47,775 bases of DNA from Chromera velia. Taxonomy: Eukaryota. The stretch covers positions 1-47,775 of the forward strand of contig JAHBMJ010000434.1 of NCBI GenBank assembly GCA_018398765.1. Reading direction: 5' to 3'. Each line of letters opens with the position of its first letter. The stretch's first letter is position 1. Below are positions 34,452 through 44,600 of this stretch, piece after piece. The notes beneath the pieces are model-generated. The model saw only the letters and a program-made list of their open reading frames with translations, had not been told where the DNA came from and did not search any database. Position numbers and translations under genes: made by a program.

Positions 34452-37400
34452 TTCTGCAGGGTCGAGGCGGCCCGTTTTGTGGCGTCCATTTGTACAGCGG
34501 AGTTCTCCCTGCAGGTCTGTCTGTCTGTCTGGGCCCCTCCCCGTGAGGTTTTTTTCCACTCTCACTGTCTGCTTTTGTTTTTCCATTTTTCGCTCTCGGG
34601 GGAGGGGAGAGGCAGAAGATGATCTGGGAAAACCGGAGAATCCCGCAGAAAACCTTTGCCGTGGAAGAATACGATGCTGTGGTGAGAACGCTCTCTCAAA
34701 TCTGTTCCGCATTCGCGCGTATTTGCGCTTTTTGTCTGCAGATGTTCGTCGCGTGCGGGGGAATCGATGCACTGGTCAGTCATTCCGCTCTGGTCAAGAA
34801 GAACTGCTCAATGGTTGCGCACTTTCCTTATGCTTGTCGCTCTCTCTCGTCCGCTTTTGCAATTTTGCGTGAATCTTTGAGGATTCCCCTGATTCTCATC
34901 TGGCACCGTCTCGTTGTGCAGATCCATGCGGCCTTTACGTGATTAACGAGAGTTCAGCATGGTGGTAGGAGCATTACCCCTCTTTTTGTATCCGAGTCAA
35001 ATTCTGGTTGGGGGGGGGGACCTCTGTGCATCCACACGGGGACGACCGTGAACGCCTTTTCTTTCATAAACAGAATTCTTTTTCATATACATTTATACAT
35101 ATATACATAAAAGAATTCTGTATGAAAGAAAATGCAGGGACCTCTGTGCATCCACACGGGGTCGACCGTGAACGCCACTCACTGCCTTTCAGAGTGTCTT
35201 CTTTTGGAGCATCCCTTGTTTCTCCGGTTGTTTTCCTGCCTGCAGGTGAACTTGCTGGAACACGACTACTACTCCAACAGGGACCTTGTATACCTAGCAA
35301 TAGACGCAATCGGGAAAGTATTCTCCATCAAGGTCGGTCTGTCTGTCTCTATGTTTGTCTGTCTGTCTGTCTCTGACTTCGTTTGACATCTGTCTGCAAT
35401 TGCTCTCGTTCCTTCAAAGTGCCTCGACGAGCTTTTGTCCATGGCGTTCGCCATCATTTTCCGCACGCTGTCAGGTTTACTGGGCCACTGGTCATATCTC
35501 ATCCTGCCATCGGTTTTTCCCACCCCTTTCCCCTCTCCCTTTTCTGTCGCTCTTTCTGAAAGCGTGAGTGTGTTCCTTCATTGTCAATAAATGAATGCGT
35601 GAGTCAATGGCGTGCAGACAATTCCGAAGAATGACTTCTGCAGACTCTTCTCAAAACTCGGTGGGTGAGTGGGTTGACTGGCTTGGAAGGTTTTGAATCC
35701 ATCCAGGGGAGGATTGACGGACAGGTTCTCTCTCTGTGTTGTCTATTTTTCCTTTTCTCTGCACATCTCTTCGGGCGCATCTTCCTGATCTTCTGTCTGT
35801 CTGGCCAAAATGCAACGTTTTGAAGCACGCCGTCCCGATCCTTTCTCGAAAGAAGCACGCCGTCCCGATCCTTTCTCGAAAGAAGCACGCCGTCCCGATC
35901 CTTTCTCGAAAGAAGCACGCCGTCTCGATCCTTTCTCGAAAGAAGCACGCCGTCTCGATCCTTTCTCGAAAGAAGCACGCCGTCTCGATCCTTTCTCGAA
36001 AGAAGCACGCCGTCCCGATCCTTTCTCGAAAGAAAGAAACACTCCCTTCCCTCCCTCCCTCCCTCCCTCCGTTCAGGTCTGTGCCGGAACCTTGCCGCTC
36101 TGCTTGACACGATGGCGTCGGACATCGAAGAGGAAGCCGAAGTCTACCTGGGGAAGTCAGTGCGTGCGTCAGTGAGTGCATGAGTGCGGCTCTAAATTGA
36201 TCTCCTTAATTCATCCGTATGCCGTGGCGACAATTGTTTCCATCTGCTCTCTCCGTCATGCAGCTGCTAATTCAGACTCCAAGACACGAGTCCCGTGGAA
36301 TGAATGAATGCACATGCAGTCTGTTTGTGTCTTGACTCGCCTCTGGGTCCCTGTCACCTTCTGAGCTCGAACCGGTTTTTACTCTTTTCTGCCCCTCGCA
36401 CCCTCTCTAACAAGTCCCCTTCATAAGCGTTTCACAACTGGGTGCACACGCAGGGCCGTTGACCTTTTCTTTCATACAGAATTCTTTTTCATGTACATTT
36501 ATTCGTATGAAAGAAAATTCACAACCACGTGCACCTGCAGGGCCGTTGACCTCCTCCTGCTCCTTGCTCAAGGAGACAGCGTGGTGAAGGCCTACCTGGT
36601 CCTGAAGGGAACTCTGGACGGTCGGTGCGAAGTTTGTTTTTGTGCATGGGTGGGTGGATTTCCTGCTCTGACTACTTGTTGCGCAGTGTGTGATGACTTT
36701 CCCGGGCTGCGTTACTAAACGAACATGAGGATCTCGGGCAGACTGCATGAGAACCATTCGATCGCATGTCGTTCTGCGTGCGTTGAGTGCACTCAATTTG
36801 ATCCATTGCGTTGAGTCCTTCCCTGTCTTTCCCTGCAGAGCTCCTGACGAGTCTCGAGTATCTCCCCGCACATGTGGCCGTCACGATGTTCCGGTCAGTT
36901 GTCTCTTCTGTAGTTAGTCCCCTTTCCCCCTCCCCTTCCGGCCCTGAAGAGACAAATGCTCCAACAGGCCCACGAACAACTACCGGTCCCACTCGCAAGT
37001 CGCGCAACCTCGTTCGTTGCTGAAAGACTCTCAAGAAACACTGATTGCGCAGCTCTTGCCCATTACTTCACTGGGGCGTCCGCCCTCCTCATCCATCCCC
37101 ACAGAGGATGTTTTGATTATCTCCCTCGGTCAAAAATTCTGTGTGTAGTTCAAAGGGACTGCATGTGGCGTGTGTTTGGCAACGTCCAAACAAATCGATT
37201 CCATAGTACCTGTACTGCCTCTGCATGCATGAGTGCCTCCCCTGATGGTGCAATCATTGCAGCGTGTTGAAGCACCTCTGCCAGGAACAAACCGTCTTCA
37301 GCTCTCTCGAAAACGCGGGAGTGATCCCGCTGCTTGTGAGCTTTCTCGTCCGGTAATTCCTTCCTTCCTTCATTGCAAGGGGAGGGAGCGCTGTCCTTCC

Positions 37401-40400
37401 TCTTAGTTCTCCATCTAGATTCTCTCCCTCTTTCTCACACCTTTTCGTCTCTCTTCTCCACCGCACCCCACTTCCGGATTTCGCCCTCCTGTCTACGTGC
37501 ATGAATCCGTCTCTGTTCTTGTTTCTCCTCCCTCTCTTGGATCTTTTTTCTCTCTTCTTCACCGTGTGTGGGGGTCCGGTTGTGCAAGGGGTCTCTGTCG
37601 ATGCATGGCTGTGCATGCTTGCAGGTGCGAGCCCGTCCAGCAGAGTCCCCGCTTTGCTGCCTCGTTGTCCCCTGACAGCGCGAGGGGAGGAGGGAGTGGG
37701 GGGAACGAGCGGGGGGGACACCTTCTTCCGAATGGACATACAGACAGTGAATACGGAAACAACGCAAGACCAACCACACCGCTGTCGGTCACTTCCTCTC
37801 CAGCCTCGCCTTCGCCCTCGCCGGTTCCTTCCCTCACCAAGCGGCCAGAGAGGGAGAGGGAGAGGGAAAAGAGCAAAGAGTCGGGGGCTGGGGGTGACGA
37901 TGAACAAAAAGATCGGGAAAGGAAACGTCAAAGAGAGAGGGAGAAAGAGAGAGAGCGGCAGGAACAGGACAGACTGGCGCCTGTTGCTAGAGTCAGTCTG
38001 TCACTTCTATTTTAAGTAAGGCAGCCTGTCAGCTCAGCTCTTATCGGTTCCGCCAAAGTCCACATACAGATCGACGTACTAAGATTCCAGCTCCCTTCGA
38101 CATCCCTTCTTTTTATGCACAAGTTTCTGCCTTCCTTGTGAGCCGTTTTTCTCTCGCTGTTCATTCTCAATTGGTGCTTCGCCTCTGCTGAATTGGCCCC
38201 CGCATTGATTCTCTCTCTCTCTGGATGACTGACCCTCTGTCCCTTCTTCGTTTCTGGCCTCTCTGCTTGCCTGCAGGAAGTGAGCAGCCAGTGCCTGCAG
38301 GCCCTGTTTTCCATTTGTAAGATCTCCAAGCCGAGGCAGGAGCAGGCAGTGCTTGCAGGCATCATCCCAACGTTGAAAGGAGAGCTGGACAGGTCGGTCG
38401 GTCGTTTCTTTCTTTCTTGTCTCATTTTTCTGAACCGGTTTCTCGGAGCTTTTCCTCGTCAATTGTTTTTTCAGTTTCTCGGTCGCTCCATCCCTCCATG
38501 CCTCTGCCGATTGAGTGAGTGAGTACCCAAGATGAGTGAGTACCTGAATGCAGGAATTCCAAGATGAAACAGTTCGCCATCGAGATGTGCTTCGAGTTTC
38601 CCCACACAAGCAGAGCCGCGAGGGAGATTCTCTTCCGGGAGGGCGGCATTCAGATCCTCGTCAGTCAGTCAGTCGATTAGACAGGCAGGCTGGCAGGCAG
38701 ACAAGTGGACAGTCTGTATGCAATTTCTTTCATACAGAATTCTTTTTGTGTATTAATACGTATTAATATTAAGAATTCTGTATGAAAGAAAAGGCAGGCA
38801 GACAAGTGGACAGTCTGTAAAGAGTTTCTCGGTCCATGTCTAAGTGGCGTCTCTGCTGGCGTGGAAATGTGTTCATCGTAAAGGAACGGAGACCGTTGTG
38901 AAGTGCAATCTCCCTGTCTGTGTGCTGATGGATGTATGAGTGGTACGGTATGTGAGAGTCTCGTCGAGGTGCGAGAGAGATCCCTCATGAGAGTGAATGG
39001 AAAGGGAACGTCCCTCGCACGTAGCGAAACCCTTAGACATGAAACGCTGCAGGGCTGCCGAAGCGCCACCAATGCCATGGAATCCTTTTGAAGGCTCGAT
39101 GTCTTTGTTTCATAGTCTTTTTTACCAGCTCAATTTCACGTGACGCTTTTCTTTTCGTTTTGCGAATTCAGATGTGCATCGCTTTATTCTTCATGCTGTG
39201 CAGGCTCGCTGCCTCCGTGAGCCTTTTCTTTCATAGAGAATTCGTTTTCTTTCATGCATTTTCTTTCATGCAATTCGTTATGAAAGAAAATGCATGAAAG
39301 AAAATGCGTGCAGGTTCGCTGCCTCCGTGAGCCGTTCTGGCAGGCGCAAGCGCTTTCTGCCCTTGCATATTGGTCAGTTGCCAGCATCTGTGGATTTTTC
39401 ATCGTTGGCCACTGCCTCTTAATTCCATTTTCTGCTGTCTTTTTGGGCATCGATTGCGGCTGCCTGTTCCGTAAGGATGAGAGGCTGGTATGCCTCCCTG
39501 TCTTTGCAGGCTGTCGTTGGGAACAGAACAGGAACGAGTCGAGGCCGAGTTGTTCTCTCGCAGTCGTTCGGGGGAAGAGGGAAGGACGGGAACGGCCCTC
39601 ATGCGACATGTGGTCAGTTTACGTGGGGACTTTCGCTTTCTTCCTCTGGCGTTCGCTCTTTTCTCTCAATGCCCTATTTCGTTACACGGCATTGATCGAT
39701 CCCGACGTATTTTCTCTTGCTCTTGGTCTTTGCGTGGTTGTTTGCTAATGCTGGCCCTGCATGGGATTAAACTGGGAGTCCGTCGGTACATGACGGGGCA
39801 GTGTGGTCTGATTGGGTCGCCTCACCTACCTGTCATGTTCATGGCTTTTCGTTCTCTTTCCAGGGCTTGGCATGTCTGAGGGCGTGTGGCTGACAGGGAC
39901 CCACTCGGCTGAAAGGACTTCTTTCTACAATTTGCAAATCTTCTCTTGGAAGATTGCAAGGCTGCACTTCCTTCCGTCCACACGGAGAGGAGAGAGAACG
40001 AGTGAAGACACACAGCGAGGACTGTCAACCATCAACTGTCATCCATCCAGAGAGTCTTCATGAAGAGAGAGAGAGAGAGACTTTTCTGCCCCTTTGTAGG
40101 TCTCGTCCCGTCTCTTCACATGCAGGTGACAATCTTCGAGCGGTCCCCCAACAGTACCTACCAGAAGGCAGCACAGGCGGTTCTAGATGTGAGTGATTCT
40201 TCGGAGGGGGATGTGAGCGTGGGTGGGGGTTCCTTTCCTCTCTTTGCCTTTCTCTTTCTGTGTACGTAGTGTCTCTTTCCTGTTCCCTCTCATTCTTTGT
40301 GTTTTTTCTGCCTTCCGACTCTCGTTTTTCTGTGCGACTCGATTGTCGTGTGGCTGTGTTGGGACAAAAGTTCGCCCTACAAAACTAAACGCAAAAAAAT

Positions 40401-42782
40401 TACTTGGTCAGTTGGGGGTCCTTGGACTTCAAAGGATCTCCCGTTGTGGGGGTCTACAGGGATGTGCCCTGTTGACATTTTGTTTCTTTCATACAGACTC
40501 GGTTTGCTTCTCTCTGGACTTTTTTTGGCCCTTTTGTTCTCTTCCTCTCCTCTCGAATAAGTTTCTCGAGAGAGTCGTGTTGCGTACTTATGTCCAGTGG
40601 TCCCATTCCCTTTCCTGACCTCGACGTCTCTGCTCTCCTGCCCTGACTTCTCTTCGTTCCTTCAGATGGTCAAGGCTTCCCCCGAAATGAGCAGGCAGCT
40701 CTGCGTCAACCACGACTTTATGGCAGCACTTGGTTAGTCGGTGCGCAGTGGGGACGGGGGCAGAATGCATGGTTTTCTAGGAACATGGTCGAGCGGTGTG
40801 CAGTCTGATTGCGGCAACAGTGGTGGCGTGTGTCGCTCAGTCTCATTGTTTCCGTTCGAGCATTTTCTTCCATACAGAATTCTTTTTCATTTATACATTT
40901 CTCTCTACATAAAAGAATTCTGTACGAAAGAAAATGCATGCGTGTGTCGCTCACTCTCATTGTTTCCATCCGAGCACGTTCTCCTGATGGACTTCTGCTT
41001 TATGCCCCACATCTCTTCTTTGCAAAGGCCTTGCTGACTTCATGTTGTGAAACAAAAGCTCCAATTGAGCCCTTGTGACAAGATTTCTCTTCCACGTCTG
41101 CTTGCTCTCTTTGAGTGCTGTATTTTGAAGAAGGAGCTGTAGTAACATGAAGAGTGTTGCATATTGTGTCTGTGAGTGCAGTAAAAAGGATCCGTACCGA
41201 ATTGATGGAAGCTCATCACCCGAAGGTTGGCCTATCTTTTCCTTTCTTTTCCCTCCTGTTTGTCCATCGGGGAACTCTACACCCTCTTTGCTCTTCCTCT
41301 TCTCCCCCTTCTGTTTGCTCTCCTTGCCGTCTCTTGGGAAGAAGACCGAAAAGCGTTCGGCCTCTTCACGTAATTCACAATCTGCTTCTTTTGCTGCGCT
41401 GTGAAGGGAGTCACTTCTCTTCTCCTGCTCCCTCCTGCCTTCACGTGGTGCAGGTAACACGAGAACACGACGGGGCTGTAAAAAGAAGATCTCGCAAGGC
41501 TCCAGAGACTCATGGTTGGTAAAGCTTTCATTCTCTCGAATGTCTGCGTGATGGATATTTTGAATGAATCCTTGGCCCTCCTGCCTGATTACAAATCCTT
41601 CTTTCCCCCGAAAAGGAAAAGGAGGACTGCCTGTCTGTGGGTGGACGACTTCATGTTGTCTGACTGACCGACTCTGCGTTGCAGGCTGCCTTCGATGGCT
41701 TGTTCTCACATAGTTTGTAGATTCACTTGAATTGACGCACGGCATTCATGCATGGCCTTCTGCATGGAAGGCCTTTTCTTTCATACAGACTTCATACATA
41801 CATGTATGAAAGAAAAGGCATTCATGCATGGCCGAATGGAAGGTCGTGACGAGTGCCATTTTGTTTACGTCTTTCTTGCACACTCTTTCCTTTCTTTCTG
41901 CAGTTCGAGGTATCAGCCTGCGAGTCCTGATGAATCTGTGCTACTCCAATCAGCGGCACGTCCACATGCTGGTCAAGAAGTAAGTCTGCCTGCGTGCGTG
42001 CTCCCAGATGACAAACACTACGCAGATGGATGGTATTCTCCCAGTTAGCTTTCCATGGAGGCTTTGGAAGACGAGTGCAACTGTAAGCATGCAGAACGAC
42101 AGCCCTCTCTTCGCCCCTCTCGGCGACTCTTATTCGGCACAAAGAGAATAAGGAAAAGAGGGAAAGTGATCATATCAGACTGCATGGCAGGAGCGTCCCT
42201 TCCCTGCCCAGCGCGATCTAGCATTGTTGCTTATTTTTCTTTTCCCTTCTCCCCATTTTTGATGAATCTTCGTGATTCACTACTCCTCTCCATGGGTCCA
42301 CCCATCAGACAACGCGTCCACAGAGAGATTCTGCATGCTGGAAAGAAAGCATCGCGTCATATGCTTGTTTACATACGCGAATGTATGCGTATGCAAAGAC
42401 GTGCGTTGACGGGTCCGTGTGTTTCTGTTTGCAGACACGGTCTCGACAGTCTGTTAAAGAGCATCGCGGCAAGCGACGCAAAGTCAGTCAAGCCAAGCAA
42501 CAGAGACCAAAACTTTGGGAGTGTCTCGATGGTGCCCTGTTATCAGTCTGCACTTTCAGCGGCTCGTCAGCTCTTGTATCACCCCTTAGATATCGATGAT
42601 TTGGAACCCCGATTTACGTTCTCGTCTTTTGGTGCGTTGCCTTTGATGATTGATGCAGGTACGTCATTCTTGCGGAAATCGCGAAGAATCTTCTACACGC
42701 ATTCGTCGCGTGGGGGGTAGTGAAAGACTGGCAAGCAGGAGCGGCTGCGGGAGGTGCAAGACAAAGAGCGCAGTCGCTTTAA
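21931..42782 (+). CDS. CDC15/cdc7/sepA-like: Ser/Thr kinase, Cdc15/Cdc7/SepA/MAP3K-epsilon family, with long low-complexity linker and C-terminal ARM/HEAT-like region
   Basis: Kinase exons 21931-22214, 22597-22681, 23186-23396, 23889-24051, 24528-25246 give [38 protein letters not shown]. Linker exons are tentative: 25722-25755, 26144-26189, 26699-26931, 27232-27304, 30908-31132, 31203-~31433, ~31845, ~32300. C-terminal exons 33140-33212, 33447-33514, 34092-34192, 34460-34514, 34742-34774, 35246-35332, 35618-35660, 36077-36155, 36541-36620, 36839-~36893, 37263-37352, 37625-~37991, 38277-38392, 38554-38659, 39314-39372, 39510-39612, 40126-40188, 40666-40732, 41182-41225, 41454-41514, 41904-41979, 42435-42482, 42659-42782 give the family motifs [42 protein letters not shown]. 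Stop TAA at 42780-42782. Confidence 0.9.
23043..23234. mobile_element. Hairpin insert (23097-23180) flanked by 54-bp duplication of acceptor + start of kinase exon 3
   Basis: DR 23043-23096 / 23181-23234, 2 mismatches. Insert ends catgcgtttactttc...gaaagtaagcgca(tg) are inverted repeats; tttcatacagaat occurs twice. Confidence 0.88.
23355..23493. mobile_element. Half insert (23404-23444) flanked by 49-bp duplication of kinase exon 3 end + donor
   Basis: ggatggctccagagatcatca...tcgactggtgggtg at 23355-23403 and 23445-23493; insert contains tttcatacagaat. Confidence 0.85.
24255..24459. mobile_element. Two half inserts between three copies of a 35-bp host segment (period 85)
   Basis: cacaccctctgtctggataattccgatacgcacca at 24255, 24340, 24425; spacers contain aaaagaattct(c/g)tatgaaag. 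Confidence 0.85.
26309..26510. repeat. ~60-bp intronic tandem repeat built on TCTG
   Basis: gcctgtctg...ttggttgtttgtctgcaaaga(a)ttttttt occurs three times plus a partial fourth. Confidence 0.8.
27305..30907. repeat. 3.6-kb compound (TCTG)n/(TCAG)n microsatellite intron with internal 734-bp duplication and interspersed purine module
   Basis: Unique ~250-bp segment at 27517 and 28251. Module catgaag(a/g)aaagaagggagaagaagaaa(c/t)atatag at 27738, 28472, 28981, 29054, 29137, 29943, 30008, 30125, 30204. Confidence 0.95.
31711..31875. repeat. 43-bp duplication (acceptor + putative exon start) around a (TATG)/(TA) filler
   Basis: ccgctcttgcaggcc(c/a)ttttgggaggcgggccttcttcttctc at 31711-31753 and 31833-31875. 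Confidence 0.85.
35017..35176. mobile_element. Hairpin insert (35057-35136) flanked by 40-bp direct duplication
   Basis: gggacctctgtgcatccacacgggg(a/t)cgaccgtgaacgcc twice; insert ttttctttcataaacagaattc...gaattctgtatgaaagaaaatgca. Confidence 0.9.
35822..36031. repeat. 30-bp minisatellite x7
   Basis: gaagcacgccgtc(c/t)cgatcctttctcgaaa; variants in order C,C,C,T,T,T,C; no spacers. Confidence 0.97.
36431..36552. mobile_element. Hairpin insert (36466-36517) flanked by diverged 35-bp duplication covering an acceptor
   Basis: ttcacaactgggtgcacacgcagggccgttgacct vs ttcacaaccacgtgcacctgcagggccgttgacct. Confidence 0.8.
38692..38819. mobile_element. Hairpin insert (38719-38792) flanked by perfect 27-bp duplication
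   Basis: ggcaggcagacaagtggacagtctgta twice; insert tgcaatttctttcatacagaattc...gaattctgtatgaaagaaaa. Confidence 0.9.
39198..39333. mobile_element. Reiterated hairpin insert (39224-39307) flanked by 26-bp duplication of acceptor + exon start
   Basis: gtgcagg(c/t)tcgctgcctccgtgagcc twice; insert has ttttctttcat x3 and atgaaagaaaatgc x2. Confidence 0.88.
40826..40976. mobile_element. Hairpin insert (40863-40939) flanked by 37-bp duplication
   Basis: gcgtgtgtcgctca(g/c)tctcattgtttcc...cgagca twice, 3 mismatches. Confidence 0.88.
41741..41843. mobile_element. Short hairpin insert (~41772-41816) flanked by ~30-bp imperfect duplication
   Basis: ggcattcatgcatggcc...atggaagg twice; insert ttttctttcatacagac...tgtatgaaagaaaa. 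Confidence 0.8.
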
Positions 42783-43338
42783 ACTGGCCAGACCTGCTAA
42801 TGATATCGGCGGCGGGTTCTACAGACTTTTGGGATTGCTCAATTGCAAGATCAATTGAGAAAAATTTAAACAGAAAAGACCTTGTAGAACTGAAATATTT
42901 CAGTACATTATCTGTGCATATGTCGAGTGAGTTGACAGCTTGTCAGACTAACCGTCAGACTTGTAATGGCCCTGCTGTGTCAGGGGCGGCTGTGAAAAAA
43001 CAAATATTTTGTTAAGGAAAAATGGGATTGATGTTGAAAGGTGCTCTGACATGAAAGCATTTAGGAAAGCCTACAGGAAACCGTATGTTATATTTTTTAG
43101 TACATAAAATTAATGTGTATAGAATTCTAGATAGAATTGTAATTTGTTCTGTATACAAAAGACTCTTTTGAAAAGATGTTTTATTTAGTTAGTGTAATTC
43201 GCTTAATTGTCAGATCTTGTCGGGTTTCACTTCGTTGATATTAAAGGAAGCTAGATAAAAGCTATTCAATCACTCAGGCTGTCAGTGTTGAATAGTGTTT
43301 AAGTGGTAAATAATAATAATATAGCCTATTATATAGGA

Positions 43339-43482
43339 GCTGTTAAGCTATTTGCTAAAGGTTGCGAAATAAGGGTCCATCATTTAATAATCTGCCTTGC
43401 GTGTTGTGACTTGCCGAACGCTAGACGCCTATTATGGGCCGATAGCGATGGCATATAATGATGATGATGATGATGATGATGA
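43339..43482 (+). mobile_element. Second, extremely 5'-truncated copy of the RTE-like LINE (3' UTR + (TGA)n tail) with 8-bp TSD
   Basis: Near-identical to 3106-3236; ATATAGGA on both sides (43331-43338 and 43482-43489). Confidence 0.93.
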
Positions 43483-44600
43483 TATAGGATAAGATAGGAT
43501 TAATTAATATTCCGGGTTGCTCTATATTGCCCCGTAGTCCACTGCCAGCCCTAGTACCGGCCTCGACTTATACCGTCGAGAGGTTGTTCCAACACTTGCA
43601 TACAAATGAACGTTTTAGACCAACCCCTCAGGCCTAGCCTAGCCTAACCGCCTAGCGCCACCTAGATGTGAGAACTTTTTCTGACATGTCAATGAGTCAA
43701 TCGATCGGACCTATTGAACGAAATCACTGCGTACTCTGGGTTGTTTTCAAAGCTTTGTTAGTGGCTTGGGACTTGGCGTCGCTAAATCTAGGACTTAACC
43801 CTCAATCATCATCATCATCATCACTAGGCTATGTCATAAAAAGATCGTTCGCAAAAGGCTTACAAAACAGAATATCAAGAGATGGATTAAAGAAGATTGA
43901 TGAAGACAAAAAGATAGAACAAAACGTCTGGAGGCAGTCTGAGAGAGAAAAAAGAAGATGAATGGAGATAAAGAAATGTAAAGAAATGGAATGATGCAAG
44001 TGAAGTCAAAGAAATAAAAGCAAATAGAATCCCGATGTAAGCAAACTTGGTAGGCTTAGGCATCAAAGATTCTGAACAATTGCCGCTTTCAAATGAACCA
44101 CAAAAAAAAAATGGGTACTGTATTTAGCAATCATATACTACTTTGAATTAAAGAAAAAAAGAATCAGTATTGATTTGCACAGACACATGTAGACACACAT
44201 TGTAGACCTAGCTGTTATTCCATTTATAAGAAACGTAGTATTGTGGAGTCTTACCCTGTGGCGCCGGCCTCTGGACCCTCGCATGCACGCTGTATCTGAA
44301 TGAGCCTACATGCTAACGTCATGTTCCGCCGTCGCGCATATACAGAGTCTGCCTGTACATGTCATACTCGAAGCTTTGCGTATGCATTCAAGTTTACGTT
44401 TGGCCTCTTTAGCAACATATTATCTAAGCAACATCTTATGGCACGTTTGAGTTAAAGTCAGCTGAAGTCATTGAATCTCTAGTTGAACCTAATATAGAGT
44501 CGGATTCATATGGAGACTCGGCGAGTCGGAAGAAGTCTGAAAACAAAGCTCAATAGAACCTCTTAGAGTCAAAGTAGGATTGAAACCACGTGAACGTGAA

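Noticed and set aside
35822..36031. CRISPR-like 30-bp repeats
   Set aside because: Head-to-tail with no spacers, in a eukaryotic intron, and no cas genes; it is a minisatellite.
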